Positions 15,237 through 24,697 of a DNA stretch of 37,537 nt are shown here, piece by piece; positions within the stretch are counted from its first letter, which is position 1, and every line of letters starts with the position of its first letter. The notes beneath the pieces are model-generated. The model had not been told where the DNA came from. It did no database searches and saw nothing but the letters and a program-made list of their open reading frames with translations. The stretch is from the IMG/VR virus record IMGVR_UViG_3300047160_025247; one strand, 5' to 3'. The stretch is from a virus. The position numbers were made by a program, and so were the translations under genes.

Positions 15237-18101
15237 TCAGCCTCGGTTCGTCGGAATGCCGGGCAGCGTCGGGAGCATGACGCGCTGCGGCTGGGTTGAT
15301 GCCGAGGCGGCGCCCGCCGCCATCGTTTGGTACTGGGAAAAATCTCCGGTCGGCTTGATCACGGGTGCAGTCTCGACCGCCAGGTGCGCGTGACCGTTCC
15401 CGTTAGCATGGCCGTTGAGCTTCGGTTGCTCGACGTCAACCATCATCGGGCGTGGGATGCCGGTTGCCGGCGGCGGCCAGAGCTTGAAGAGCTGCTCGTT
15501 GATGAGCTTGTCCGAGTTGGCCGTCACACCGTCTTGGATGATGCGGATGAAGGTTTTCGACCCATGCTCTTTGATGTGGAAGGTCGAGCGCTCGCGCAGA
15601 TCGAACATGCGCTGCAGGTCCGCCTTGAACGGATCGAGAACGTGGTTGAGGTTCTCGGCGTTGAGCTTGACGTTGCCGAGTGTGGCGATGAGCGACGTGC
15701 ACGCCTTGCCGATCGCCTGCTCGCTGCTCCAGCCGATCTCGCGGCAACCGCGGCCGATGCGACGTTCGTCGACCGGGCTCATCGGCGTCGACATGACGAT
15801 GCTGGAGACGAGATCGTAGACGAGATCGAGGATGCCGACGCGCTCCTCACCCATCGCGTTGCGCTCGTCGACGACGCGCGGCACGTCGAGGCGCGCCATC
15901 TTGTCGCTGAAGCTCTCCGAGTCGCCATCAGGGAAGAAGTCGTCGACGATGTAGGAAAAGAACGACTCGGCGGCTTCGCGCATCTCTTCAGTCCTTGTCC
16001 ACCAACCTTCGACGCGGCGCTTGAGCTTCTCCCAGCTCACCGGCAGCTGGTCGAGATGGATCATGTGCACGCGGCGGCCGAACTGTGATTCGTTGACGAA
16101 GAACTCCGGCTTGCGCCAGTCGGTGAGCAGCACCGCCGAGTTCACCGGCATCGTCCGCATGCCGAAGTGCAGCTTGTGGTAGCTGTGGCCTGAGCGGTTG
16201 ATGCGAATGAAGAAGGTGTGCAGGCGTTTGTAGTCCTCGGGCTCCTTGGCGAAGTCGTCGAAGAGCACGAGGCGCGCCATGTCGAGCGACTCGCCGAAGA
16301 GCTGATCGAGCCGGTCTTCCTTCACCTCGGACAGGTTCTGGAACTCCTCGCCGAACATGGAGAGCACGATGCTCGCGGTGGTCGTCTTCGCGGCGCCGGT
16401 GGGGCCGGTCGCCCAGAGGATCGGCACCGGGCCCATGCCTGACTCGGCGCAACCCATCGCGATGATGAGCGCAGCCATATAGGTGAACGAGATGCCGGGG
16501 AAGTACTCGGTGATCCGCTGCTCAACGAGATCGCGCGAGAGCCGCTTCTCCAGCGGCAGGTACGAGACGCGCTGCTTGCGGCCTTCGACGACGTGCGGCT
16601 TGCAGAGCACCGCGTGATCCTTCGTCATCGGCGTGTTGTAGTGGCCGAAGATCGGCACGAAGCGCGCCGGCTGGATCGGCGTCCACCCATCGAGCGAGCC
16701 GTTGTTGGTGTACTTCGAGATGCGCGTCTGCGATGGGATCTGCTCACCGTCGGCATCGAGCACACGCGTGCTTGGGAGCACCGCCACGTCGGCCTGGTTG
16801 AGCGGGCGCGTGAGCGGCATCAACGTCGCCGCGTGCAACCACTCGCCGTAGCCGCGCACGAAGCCGAATTCGTTGAACACGCCGGCGATGCGCGGGTCGG
16901 CGATGCCGTTGGTATTGTGCTGATTCTTCAGCAGCGCGCTGTAGAGCACTGGGCGGTATTGCGACGGCAGCTCCGGAGCGTAGACGTCCATCAGGTAGTC
17001 GACGTGCTTGAAGTGCACGAGGTGCTTCACCGCCGTCATGATCGGCGCGACCTCGGAGTCGGCGAGCGACGGAGCCATGCCAAAACGCTTGCGGATCGAG
17101 CCCCACGACATGAAGCCGCCAAGGCCGCGACCTGAGCAGCTGTGGCAGTAGAGACCGTTCTCACCGACGATCACCGGTGGCGACTTCGACGGGTGGTCAG
17201 GGTCGATGATGCAGAAGCTGTGGTCGAGCCGCTGCCCGAGCACGAGGCCCTGGTCCTCCATGAGGTCGGCGATTTCTTCCTCGGTGGCGCCGGCGGCGGA
17301 GAAGCGCTGCAGGATGATGAAGCGATCGGTCGGACAGGTCTCGCGCACCGGGCCGCAGCTGCGGCCGTTGTGTGTCGCCATCGGGTGGCGCGTGCGGGCG
17401 ATCAGCTCGGCGGTGCCACCGCAGGTGACGACGAACGGTGTGGTCAGGCACTGCGCCGCGGCGCCGGCGGCCAACTCGATCGCGGTGTAGGGCGCGTGCG
17501 GGATCGGCGCGTACAGCGCCTTCAGGCCGCCACCGTGCGTCCGCCACCAGCACCACGGCGCCGGGCTGAGATCCTCGCCGAGGAACTCCAGCTCCTGCTG
17601 CGTCGGCTTCGGTTTGGTCACGTCGTGGAAGTCGAGGTCGAGGATCGCGAGCCGGTCGAGGTTCTCCTTTCCCCATTCCAGCACCGTGTTCGGCTGGAAC
17701 CCGCCGCGCTTCAGCAGCTGCACCACCTCCTCGGGCGTGCTCACACCGTATGCCGTTCCCTCGGACGCAGGCTGTGAGATGAGGCGGTGAATCAGACCAT
17801 ACGGAGCATTCGCGATGACTGGTGCAGCTGATGCTGCAGATTCTTCTTCAGCGGTGACCTGCTGAACCCACTGCATCGCTTGCTCAGACAGGAACGCGAC
17901 GCTCGTCTCGTCCAGGTTGCTGTCGCGCGCCACCGCCTTGCGCGCCGACGGCAGGCCTGGGGCCCATTCCTGGTTCGTGTAGGGCGGCATTCCGCCGCCT
18001 TCGATCCGCAGCGCCACGAAGCGCGGGAAACCCCTTACGGCGCGCGTCAGCGTCGCCTTCCTGCCCCCGACCAGGGGCACTTCGAGGGGTTGCACAGCCA
18101 T
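15237..18101 (-). CDS. Primase-helicase (prim-pol-like N-terminus, Zn finger, SF3-like P-loop helicase)
   Basis: ILDLDFHD and RTHGGGLK (AEP-like motifs I/II); CIIDPDH...CHSC Zn finger; Walker A GPTGAAKTT; Walker B LVLFDD; next to Pol A. Confidence 0.75.
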   Translation of the reverse strand: MAVQPLEVPLVGGRKATLTRAVRGFPRFVALRIEGGGMPPYTNQEWAPGLPSARKAVARDSNLDETSVAFLSEQAMQWVQQVTAEEESAASAAPVIANAPYGLIHRLISQPASEGTAYGVSTPEEVVQLLKRGGFQPNTVLEWGKENLDRLAILDLDFHDVTKPKPTQQELEFLGEDLSPAPWCWWRTHGGGLKALYAPIPHAPYTAIELAAGAAAQCLTTPFVVTCGGTAELIARTRHPMATHNGRSCGPVRETCPTDRFIILQRFSAAGATEEEIADLMEDQGLVLGQRLDHSFCIIDPDHPSKSPPVIVGENGLYCHSCSGRGLGGFMSWGSIRKRFGMAPSLADSEVAPIMTAVKHLVHFKHVDYLMDVYAPELPSQYRPVLYSALLKNQHNTNGIADPRIAGVFNEFGFVRGYGEWLHAATLMPLTRPLNQADVAVLPSTRVLDADGEQIPSQTRISKYTNNGSLDGWTPIQPARFVPIFGHYNTPMTKDHAVLCKPHVVEGRKQRVSYLPLEKRLSRDLVEQRITEYFPGISFTYMAALIIAMGCAESGMGPVPILWATGPTGAAKTTTASIVLSMFGEEFQNLSEVKEDRLDQLFGESLDMARLVLFDDFAKEPEDYKRLHTFFIRINRSGHSYHKLHFGMRTMPVNSAVLLTDWRKPEFFVNESQFGRRVHMIHLDQLPVSWEKLKRRVEGWWTRTEEMREAAESFFSYIVDDFFPDGDSESFSDKMARLDVPRVVDERNAMGEERVGILDLVYDLVSSIVMSTPMSPVDERRIGRGCREIGWSSEQAIGKACTSLIATLGNVKLNAENLNHVLDPFKADLQRMFDLRERSTFHIKEHGSKTFIRIIQDGVTANSDKLINEQLFKLWPPPATGIPRPMMVDVEQPKLNGHANGNGHAHLAVETAPVIKPTGDFSQYQTMAAGAASASTQPQRVMLPTLPGIPTNRG

Positions 18102-19009
18102 CGATCCAGCCTCGCAAACAGAGGGTCCGCTTACCCGCTGCTTCGGCTGTCGACGTACGGTCCTCTCGAAAGGAGGTTAGCGACGCCCCACCCCGAGGCT
18201 GGATCGGGTGAGAGGGCCGTACGTTGACAGTCGAAGAGCGCCCGGCTCGCTGTGCCAGGCGGAAGGGGAAGCTAGGCGGCGATGCAAGCGCCGTCAAGCG
18301 TAACCTTCCGCAAGCAAGTGCCGGGGGAGCGAACCCTACACAGGTCATATTCGGGTTGCAAGGATCCACTTACGAGCTTGTGGGAGTCGATTCAGACTCA
18401 CAGAAGTTTTCCACAGGTTACGTCGACTACTCATAGTAACGTACTTTTCCACACTACAGTACCGTACACCGTCCACCAGGATTACAGTACCGTGTACTGG
18501 TGCACATAACGGCTTACTACAACAGCGGCTTAACCCCCTTACTCTATACTCCACCAACTTTATAAGGAAAGTTTATAGAAAGTAGAGGGTAGTGTGTTAT
18601 TTGTTACAGTACTCAAAAACACTAGGGGTGTTTTTATATGGGCTCTTAGGAAATCGGTCGATTTCTGGTGGACCTCGTTTTTCGACCGCTGTTTTTCCTT
18701 GTAACCTGTTACCAGTACTCAATCTGACTAAGCGGATGTCCACGTTGGTGGACCTCTGGTGGACGAATGTGCACGGTACACTAACGGCATTTAACCCGGT
18801 GGCACCACAACTAATTGTGTGCACCAGTGCACGGTACTGTAATCTCGTTACTCTACGCAAAAATAAAGATCACCGTACGTTCGTCAACAGTGTCTGTCGA
18901 ACCTTCGCCGCTTGGTCCTTGACTACTAAGGTCCGCACCTTTTTCGACAGTTTCGACAAGGACTGTGCAACGGTTGACTTGGTGCACGGTACCGTAAGAA
19001 TCGGCGGCC
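18102..19009. promoter_or_regulatory. Divergent non-coding control region / candidate replication origin
   Basis: Switch from minus- to plus-strand genes; AT-rich core ~18530-18650; 26-bp inverted repeat 18481-18506 / 18818-18843; several GGTACTGTAA-type boxes. Confidence 0.6.
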
Positions 19010-19393
19010 ATGGACAAGACCCACAAGGCCTGGCGCAAGAGCCACCCGCAGCTGTCGGTCTGCTTGGACCAGCAGCACTACCAGAAGCTGTTCCGCCTCG
19101 CGGAAGAGCAGCGCTACCACAGCTGCGCGAAGTTCGTCCGCGCGTTGTTGGTCGACCTGCTCGACCGTATGCAGGAGGGCGTCTCGCCGACCGCGGCCTT
19201 TGCTGCTGCTCTCGCGCAGCGGATGGTTCCCGCCGAGATGATGGCGAAGGCACAGGCGCAGACGTCGGTGCAGCTCCCGGTGCTCCCTGGCATCCCGACG
19301 GGCACGCTCAAGCCGTACCACGCACCGGCGGCGCCGCACGAGGAGCCGGAGGACATCACCGCAGAGGCGCAGCACTTCGTGGCGGCGAAGTGA
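19010..19393 (+). CDS. Putative DNA-binding protein (ribbon-helix-helix-like N-terminus)
   Basis: QLSVCLDQQHYQKLFRLAEEQRYHSCAKFVRALL resembles the strand-helix-helix RHH pattern. Confidence 0.55.
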   Translation: MDKTHKAWRKSHPQLSVCLDQQHYQKLFRLAEEQRYHSCAKFVRALLVDLLDRMQEGVSPTAAFAAALAQRMVPAEMMAKAQAQTSVQLPVLPGIPTGTLKPYHAPAAPHEEPEDITAEAQHFVAAK

Positions 19394-19542
19394 GCCAGAA
19401 CAAGCTGGCGAAGGTCGCCCGGGAGCAGGCCAAGGGTTGGGCGCTGCACAACAAGCTCGCCGCCCGGACGCGCAAGAAGATGAAGCGCTTCGGGAGCAAG
19501 GCGGTGCGGGTGGCGCTTCGCCAGGAGGACGCCGGGGAGTAG
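19390..19542 (+). CDS. Small basic hypothetical protein (50 aa)
   Basis: GTG overlapping upstream stop; K/R-rich. Confidence 0.45.
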   Translation: MSQNKLAKVAREQAKGWALHNKLAARTRKKMKRFGSKAVRVALRQEDAGE

Positions 19543-19659
19543 TGTGACACACCGTTACGCCGCCCAGGTGAAAGCCTGCCAGGGCTGGTGGACGGTACTG
19601 TAACCTCCCGGCAGCTCACCACCCCTCCGACCCGGCCACCCATGCCGAAAGGACCAGCG
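19542..19659 (+). promoter_or_regulatory. Repeated upstream module (24-bp box + GGTACTGTAACC + C-rich leader + GAAAGGA RBS)
   Basis: GTGTGACACACCGTTACGCCGCCC identical at 23394; GGTACTGTAACC also at 22577 and 23427; GCCACCCAYGCSGAAAGGA also at ~20041 and ~22612. Confidence 0.65.
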
Positions 19660-20019
19660 ATGCCTCTCCCGCCGCTCGTCGTCGAAGCTCTGCAGGCCGC
19701 GCTCGACCGGATCGAGGGTGAGGATGGCGTCGAGTTCATCAGCCTGCGGCGCAAGCTGGAGGCGGCGCTCGCGTGCACGATCGCCGTCGGGCCACAGCCG
19801 GTGTCGACCGCCCCGCAGGATTGCACCGCGCTGCTCACCGACTGCGGCATCGCCCGCCCGTTGACCGAGGGTGAGAAGCGGTGGTACTCTGTCAGCGACG
19901 CCAACCGCTACCGGTGGGTGCACTGCTACCGGAGCGGCGTCCTCGTCGAGGACTCGGACTACGGTCCGGACCTGTGCGACCCCAAGCTCTGGACTCCGCT
20001 TCCGGACTGGATGCGGTAG
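19660..20019 (+). CDS. Hypothetical protein (119 aa)
   Basis: ATG after GAAAGGA RBS. Confidence 0.6.
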   Translation: MPLPPLVVEALQAALDRIEGEDGVEFISLRRKLEAALACTIAVGPQPVSTAPQDCTALLTDCGIARPLTEGEKRWYSVSDANRYRWVHCYRSGVLVEDSDYGPDLCDPKLWTPLPDWMR

Positions 20020-20065
20020 AATCTTCCTACACCCAACCCCGCCACCCATGCGGAAAGGATCAGCT

Positions 20066-21043
20066 GTGCGCATCCCCGACCACCACTTGAATTCCGCCCT
20101 CGCCCTCGTCGAACCGCTGCGCACCGCCTGGCTGCTGGAGCTGACGACCCGCTACACCACGGAGGCCGAGCAGAACGCGCCGCGCACGGTCGAGCTGGCG
20201 CGCACGCAGGAGCCGAAGGACTGGAAGGTGCTCGACTACGTGAAGATCATCCACCCGGAGAAGGATCGCTACCGCTACATCAGCGACCGCCATGCCTATG
20301 CGCATGGTCTCGCCAGGGATGGGAAGGTCGAGCCCGACTATGAGCGGGCGCGCCGCGATGCGGCGAGTACCGTCAACGGTGCGTGTGATTTCTTCGCGGC
20401 GCGCCTCTCGGAGAAGCTCACGCTCGCCTTCGGCCCGCTCGCGCCCAAGCTCCGCGCCGAGATGCAGCCGCGCGGCGGCGTGATCTACGGCAACGTCACC
20501 GCGGCGTTCGATAAGCACCTCGTGGTGTTCGACGCCACCGGCATGACCAACTACCGCTACGGCTGGAACAGCCGCAACCGCAACATGACGGTTTACGCTC
20601 AATATCCCATGCGGGTGATCTCGGCGCACATCGACGGGCATGGCGACTTCAACGGCATCGGCGCCGAAGAAGTCGGTAGCAGGATCCTCGGCTACGACGT
20701 CATCAAGAAGGTGCGCGAGGAGAACGAGCAGCGCAAGCGCGCGACGATCGAGGAGCGCATGTATGTCGATCGCCTGGAGGTCGAGAAGCGTGCGTACGCC
20801 GACATCGAGTGGGCGCTCAAGTGCATCGAAGACTGTGAGACCGCGACGCGTGAAGGGCGCCCCTACAGCAACACCGAGTACATCACCGACCGCCGCGCCG
20901 AGATCGCGAAGATCGTCGAGCGGCGCAAGCTCACCGTCGTTCCGACCACCAAGGAACAGGCCAAGGTGCTCGCCAAGGAGCGCCTCGCCGAGCTGAAGAA
21001 GATTCGTGCGGCGCGGAAGGCCGCTAGAGAGGCGAAGGCCTGA
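20066..21043 (+). CDS. Hypothetical protein (325 aa)
   Basis: GTG after GAAAGGA; strong GC3 codon bias. Confidence 0.7.
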   Translation: MRIPDHHLNSALALVEPLRTAWLLELTTRYTTEAEQNAPRTVELARTQEPKDWKVLDYVKIIHPEKDRYRYISDRHAYAHGLARDGKVEPDYERARRDAASTVNGACDFFAARLSEKLTLAFGPLAPKLRAEMQPRGGVIYGNVTAAFDKHLVVFDATGMTNYRYGWNSRNRNMTVYAQYPMRVISAHIDGHGDFNGIGAEEVGSRILGYDVIKKVREENEQRKRATIEERMYVDRLEVEKRAYADIEWALKCIEDCETATREGRPYSNTEYITDRRAEIAKIVERRKLTVVPTTKEQAKVLAKERLAELKKIRAARKAAREAKA

Positions 21044-21046
21044 GTC

Positions 21047-21352
21047 ATGCCCTTCACCTACCAGGCGCGCAAAGAGCACTTCAGTTCCGAGATGGTCACC
21101 CGGAAGATGACCGAGTTCCAGGTGTGGACGATGCGCTACCTCGCGCAGCGTCCGGGCCGCGAAGCGGACACCTGGCAGTTGATCCGCGCGTTCACGGCGC
21201 AGCATCCGGAGCGCACGATGCCACGCCTCGCGACGAGCCACCGTCGAGCGCTCAACAAGATCCCGAACGAGCTGCTTGGCGGCGATTGGCAGAAGGACAC
21301 CTACATCCTGACCGACGCTGGTCTCAAGATGGTCCAGGAGAACACGCCATGA
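21047..21352 (+). CDS. Hypothetical protein, possible winged helix
   Basis: C-terminal YILTDAG typical of winged-helix wings. Confidence 0.55.
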   Translation: MPFTYQARKEHFSSEMVTRKMTEFQVWTMRYLAQRPGREADTWQLIRAFTAQHPERTMPRLATSHRRALNKIPNELLGGDWQKDTYILTDAGLKMVQENTP

Positions 21353-21744
21353 TCCATGTCGCCAGCAAAGCCAACATCCCGGCGGTCGTCGCGCGCTTCC
21401 CGCACCTCGGGGAGAAGTCAGAGTTCACCGATTGGCACGACGTCGGCGAACGTATGCGCCCGATCTATCTGCAGGGCGCGGTCGAGCGTCAGCTCGCCGC
21501 CGTCGGTCACTCGAACCTCAGCGGCACGAAGGTCTACCGCAGCAACTGCGTCGACAACCACTTCGGCCATGCGTACTGCATGGGCACCGACTACCCGCTG
21601 GAGCGTTTCATGATGGTGCACCGCGCGATGGCGCTGCACAACCCAATGAGCCGCCGGCACCACATCACCAACGCGCTGCGCCTGCGTGCGTCGCTTATGT
21701 GGGGCGGCCTCGATCCGAAGATGAGGAAGCGCGACAAAGCGTGA
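21349..21744 (+). CDS. Hypothetical protein (131 aa)
   Basis: ATG after AGGAG, ATGA overlap. Confidence 0.6.
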   Translation: MIHVASKANIPAVVARFPHLGEKSEFTDWHDVGERMRPIYLQGAVERQLAAVGHSNLSGTKVYRSNCVDNHFGHAYCMGTDYPLERFMMVHRAMALHNPMSRRHHITNALRLRASLMWGGLDPKMRKRDKA

Positions 21745-21883
21745 CAAGTCACAACGAACCACAACACGCGAGGGTTTGACTCGTCTCGACCTACTGTATG
21801 CAGAGCAAATAATTGCTGCGGTCCACCCTGGCTTTCAGTTTCTTTCATGATAGACCGACAAGACACCCATCACGGAGATTTCC

Positions 21884-22531
21884 ATGTCGTGGAAATTCAG
21901 CGACCGCGTGACCCCTGCCATTCCTGCTACCCCTGCGAAGGTTCCACCTATTCCGCCGTTGAAGAAAGATGTTCCCAAGAGCACATTCTCGGTGGCCCAA
22001 ATCGCCGCTCTTGTCGGCCGATCGACGAAGGAAGTTTACTACAATCTCAAGCTGAAGACGATTCCACACACGAAGACGCGTGGGATGGGAAGAACTGGGC
22101 AGAACTACGTCATCACCGCGGAGACGGTTCAGAAGCTGGTCAAAGGCGAGATCAAGCTAGTTCCGCAACCGATGCCGGAGCACTGGAAGAGATCACGACA
22201 GAAGGATTGGCGGCATCTGTTTCCTGACGCTCCATCCGACGCACACGTCAAGTACGATGAACTGCGCGGGAAATATGAGGAGTTGCTCGGCAAGTATAAC
22301 GGACTCCTCGCCACAGTGGACCAGCATAAGGCTGTGCTCGATCGGCTGCTCGTCGAGCTAGGCGTCGATCAGAACAACTACATCATTACTGGTCGTCGGC
22401 GGCGATCGGTGTCAGAGGCTTCCGTGTGGAAGCCCGCTGTGGCTCCCCCGTCCGCGCCTACCGTTCCGGCAGCCCCTCCCCCGGCTCCCCCGGTAGGTGA
22501 GCCGCCTGTCAACGGGAACGGCCAGCACTAG
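21884..22531 (+). CDS. Helix-turn-helix (excisionase/MerR-like) protein with coiled coil and Pro-rich tail
   Basis: FSVAQIAALVGRSTKEVYYNLK...IP...YVIT pattern. Confidence 0.6.
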   Translation: MSWKFSDRVTPAIPATPAKVPPIPPLKKDVPKSTFSVAQIAALVGRSTKEVYYNLKLKTIPHTKTRGMGRTGQNYVITAETVQKLVKGEIKLVPQPMPEHWKRSRQKDWRHLFPDAPSDAHVKYDELRGKYEELLGKYNGLLATVDQHKAVLDRLLVELGVDQNNYIITGRRRRSVSEASVWKPAVAPPSAPTVPAAPPPAPPVGEPPVNGNGQH

Positions 22532-22635
22532 GTGTAGGAAACTTCCTCACGGGCTGCCCCTTGCATCCTGGTGGGCGGTACTGTAACCTTCCGTCATCAC
22601 CCTCCGCCCCGGCCACCCACGCCGAAAGGAACCCC

Positions 22636-23370
22636 ATGGCTGCCTACGTCGCCCACGTCTATACCGCCCGCGAGATCATCCCCCACCTGCAGACGGCGAT
22701 GCCCGAGCTGACCTTCCCGGTCACCTCGCTGCAGGCCAAGCGCGACGGCGAGTGGGTGAAGCCCAGCGACGGCAACGTGCTCAAGTGGGACAGCCTCGCC
22801 GACCTCGCGTTCTCGCTCAGCAGCCTGCTGACGGTCGGCTACGAGACCTTCACGCTGAACTACACCAAGGCCGACGGCAGCCACGCCTCGCGCGACCTGC
22901 AGGCCTGGGAGCTGACGCAGACCGCCGAGCCGGTGCGCGCTCTGGAGCGCGTCGCGAACGACCTCGCGCTGGTGCGCGCCAAGTACCCCGGCGAGCTGTG
23001 CCAGGCGCTCCTCGCCGAGGCGCAGGTGAAGATCGCGAGCGCGCTGCAGGCGTGGACGCACGAGGCCTTCGAGACCGGCCCGCAGCCGGCGCGCGTCGAG
23101 AAGGTGCGGCCCGTGCCGAAGCGCCGCGAGATCACCGCGGGTGAGTACTTCGACATCTGCGTCGCCAAGACGGCCACCTGCGAGTCGTTGAACTGCATCG
23201 AGTACGACGAGGTCTTCTACCCGCGCGAGGGCGGCGGCCTCTCCGAGGTCTGGGGGCCCATGGTCAAGCTCGGCGAGGGCGGCAAGGTGGGCCTGGAGAT
23301 CAGCTCCAACGGCGTCACCAGCACCACCATCTGGGTCGACCGGAAGGTCGTCCTGAAGCTCCGGAACTGA
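22636..23370 (+). CDS. Hypothetical protein (244 aa)
   Basis: ATG after GAAAGGA within the repeated leader module. Confidence 0.7.
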   Translation: MAAYVAHVYTAREIIPHLQTAMPELTFPVTSLQAKRDGEWVKPSDGNVLKWDSLADLAFSLSSLLTVGYETFTLNYTKADGSHASRDLQAWELTQTAEPVRALERVANDLALVRAKYPGELCQALLAEAQVKIASALQAWTHEAFETGPQPARVEKVRPVPKRREITAGEYFDICVAKTATCESLNCIEYDEVFYPREGGGLSEVWGPMVKLGEGGKVGLEISSNGVTSTTIWVDRKVVLKLRN

Positions 23371-23383
23371 CGTCTAGCCTAGG

Positions 23384-23422
23384 GGATAGGGCGGTGTGAC
23401 ACACCGTTACGCCGCCCTATCC
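23384..23422 (+). terminator. Stem-loop (terminator or processing hairpin) containing the 24-bp box
   Basis: GGATAGGGCGGTGTGAC-ACACC-GTTACGCCGCCCTATCC, 17-bp stem with two G-U pairs; no clear U-tract. Confidence 0.5.
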
Positions 23423-23514
23423 TTCTGGTACTGTAACCGACGGCTCCCCCGGCAAGCTTCCTCCCAGACGCCCATCCTGCCCACCGCGACCCCTCCACCC
23501 ACGAGGAAAGCACC

Positions 23515-24486
23515 ATGCCCGCCATCGCCTCCACCAAGCCCCTCCCCACGCCGACCGCCGAGCAGCTCGCGCAGCTCGCCGCGCTGGAGGCGAAGAAGGA
23601 CGCGGTGCGCGAGGCCCACCCCTACGCGCCGACGCCCGACCGCAAGCTGGAGAAGAAGGATCCCGCGGCCTACGCGGTGATGGACAAGGCCTACGACGCC
23701 GCCTACCAGGCACGCCACGACGCGATCGGGGCAGTCGAGAAGGAGATCCGCGCGTTCCAGGCGACGATGCCGTCGGTCGGACGGCTGACCCTCGTGAAGC
23801 GCTTCGACCGCTTCGCACCGCGCGTGCTGACGCAGGCGAACATCATCACCGAGATCCACGTCGAGCGCGACTGGGAGAACGAGAAGCGCCGCCCGCAGGC
23901 GCAGTACGTCGCGCTCGCGCCGTGGCCGACGGTCGAGGCCTACACGAAGCTCCGCAACACGCACTACACCATGACGGCGGAGGACGCCGCCGAGCAGGCG
24001 CGCTCGACCTTCGAGGAGCTGGGCGACGAGCTGCGCAGCTGGTACGACAACATGCCGGAAGGCCTGCAGGGTGGCGACAAGGGTTCGACGGTCGAGAGCG
24101 CCGCCGAAGGCTGCGAGGAAGCCGCGAGCGCCGACCTGACGGTCACCGACCTGATCTCGCGGCTGCCGGTGCTCCACCTGCCCGGCGAGACCTCTTCGCG
24201 CGGCGACCGCTGCGCCGATGCGTGCTCGCTGCTCGACGATCTCTCCGGTGCCTGCAGCGACGCGCTCGATCTCCTGGAGAAGGAGGGTGCGGTGATCCCG
24301 GAGTGGCTCGCCGAGAAGATCGACGAGCTGATACCGGAGACGATCAACGAGGAGGACGAGGCCGCGGTCGGCAACTACACCGACGAGCAGGTCAAGGAGG
24401 CGATCGAGAACCTGGACACGCTGCGCGACGAGTGCGAGGACATCAAGAGCAACGCCGAGGGGATCGAGTTCCCGGGGATGTACTGA
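23515..24486 (+). CDS. Hypothetical protein with very acidic C-terminal half
   Basis: 323 aa ORF after GAGGA; WYDNMPEGLQGGDKG motif; D/E-rich. Confidence 0.7.
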   Translation: MPAIASTKPLPTPTAEQLAQLAALEAKKDAVREAHPYAPTPDRKLEKKDPAAYAVMDKAYDAAYQARHDAIGAVEKEIRAFQATMPSVGRLTLVKRFDRFAPRVLTQANIITEIHVERDWENEKRRPQAQYVALAPWPTVEAYTKLRNTHYTMTAEDAAEQARSTFEELGDELRSWYDNMPEGLQGGDKGSTVESAAEGCEEAASADLTVTDLISRLPVLHLPGETSSRGDRCADACSLLDDLSGACSDALDLLEKEGAVIPEWLAEKIDELIPETINEEDEAAVGNYTDEQVKEAIENLDTLRDECEDIKSNAEGIEFPGMY

Positions 24487-24493
24487 GGTAACC

Positions 24494-24694
24494 ATGAAGG
24501 TCTCCGATCTCATCGCCCAGCTGCAGAAGTTTCCTCAGGACATGGAGGTCTACGTCCCGAAGACCGGTGGCGCCGGCTACACCTGCGCGAAAAAGGCGTC
24601 GATCGCTTCCTTTAAGCTCTACGAATACCGGGCGGTCAAGCTCGTCGACCCTGCGGCCGAGGCCGCGTTCGGCACCGCGGTCTTCCTGAGGTAA
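24494..24694 (+). CDS. Small phage protein (MKVSDLIAQLQKFPQD type)
   Basis: Common phage N-terminal pattern; GAGG RBS. Confidence 0.6.
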   Translation: MKVSDLIAQLQKFPQDMEVYVPKTGGAGYTCAKKASIASFKLYEYRAVKLVDPAAEAAFGTAVFLR

Positions 24695-24697
24695 CCC

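Noticed and set aside
18592-19389. 316-aa ORF 18592-19542 as a single gene
   Set aside because: Crosses the AT-rich control region and overlaps 19010-19393 out of frame; only the last 50 codons look coding
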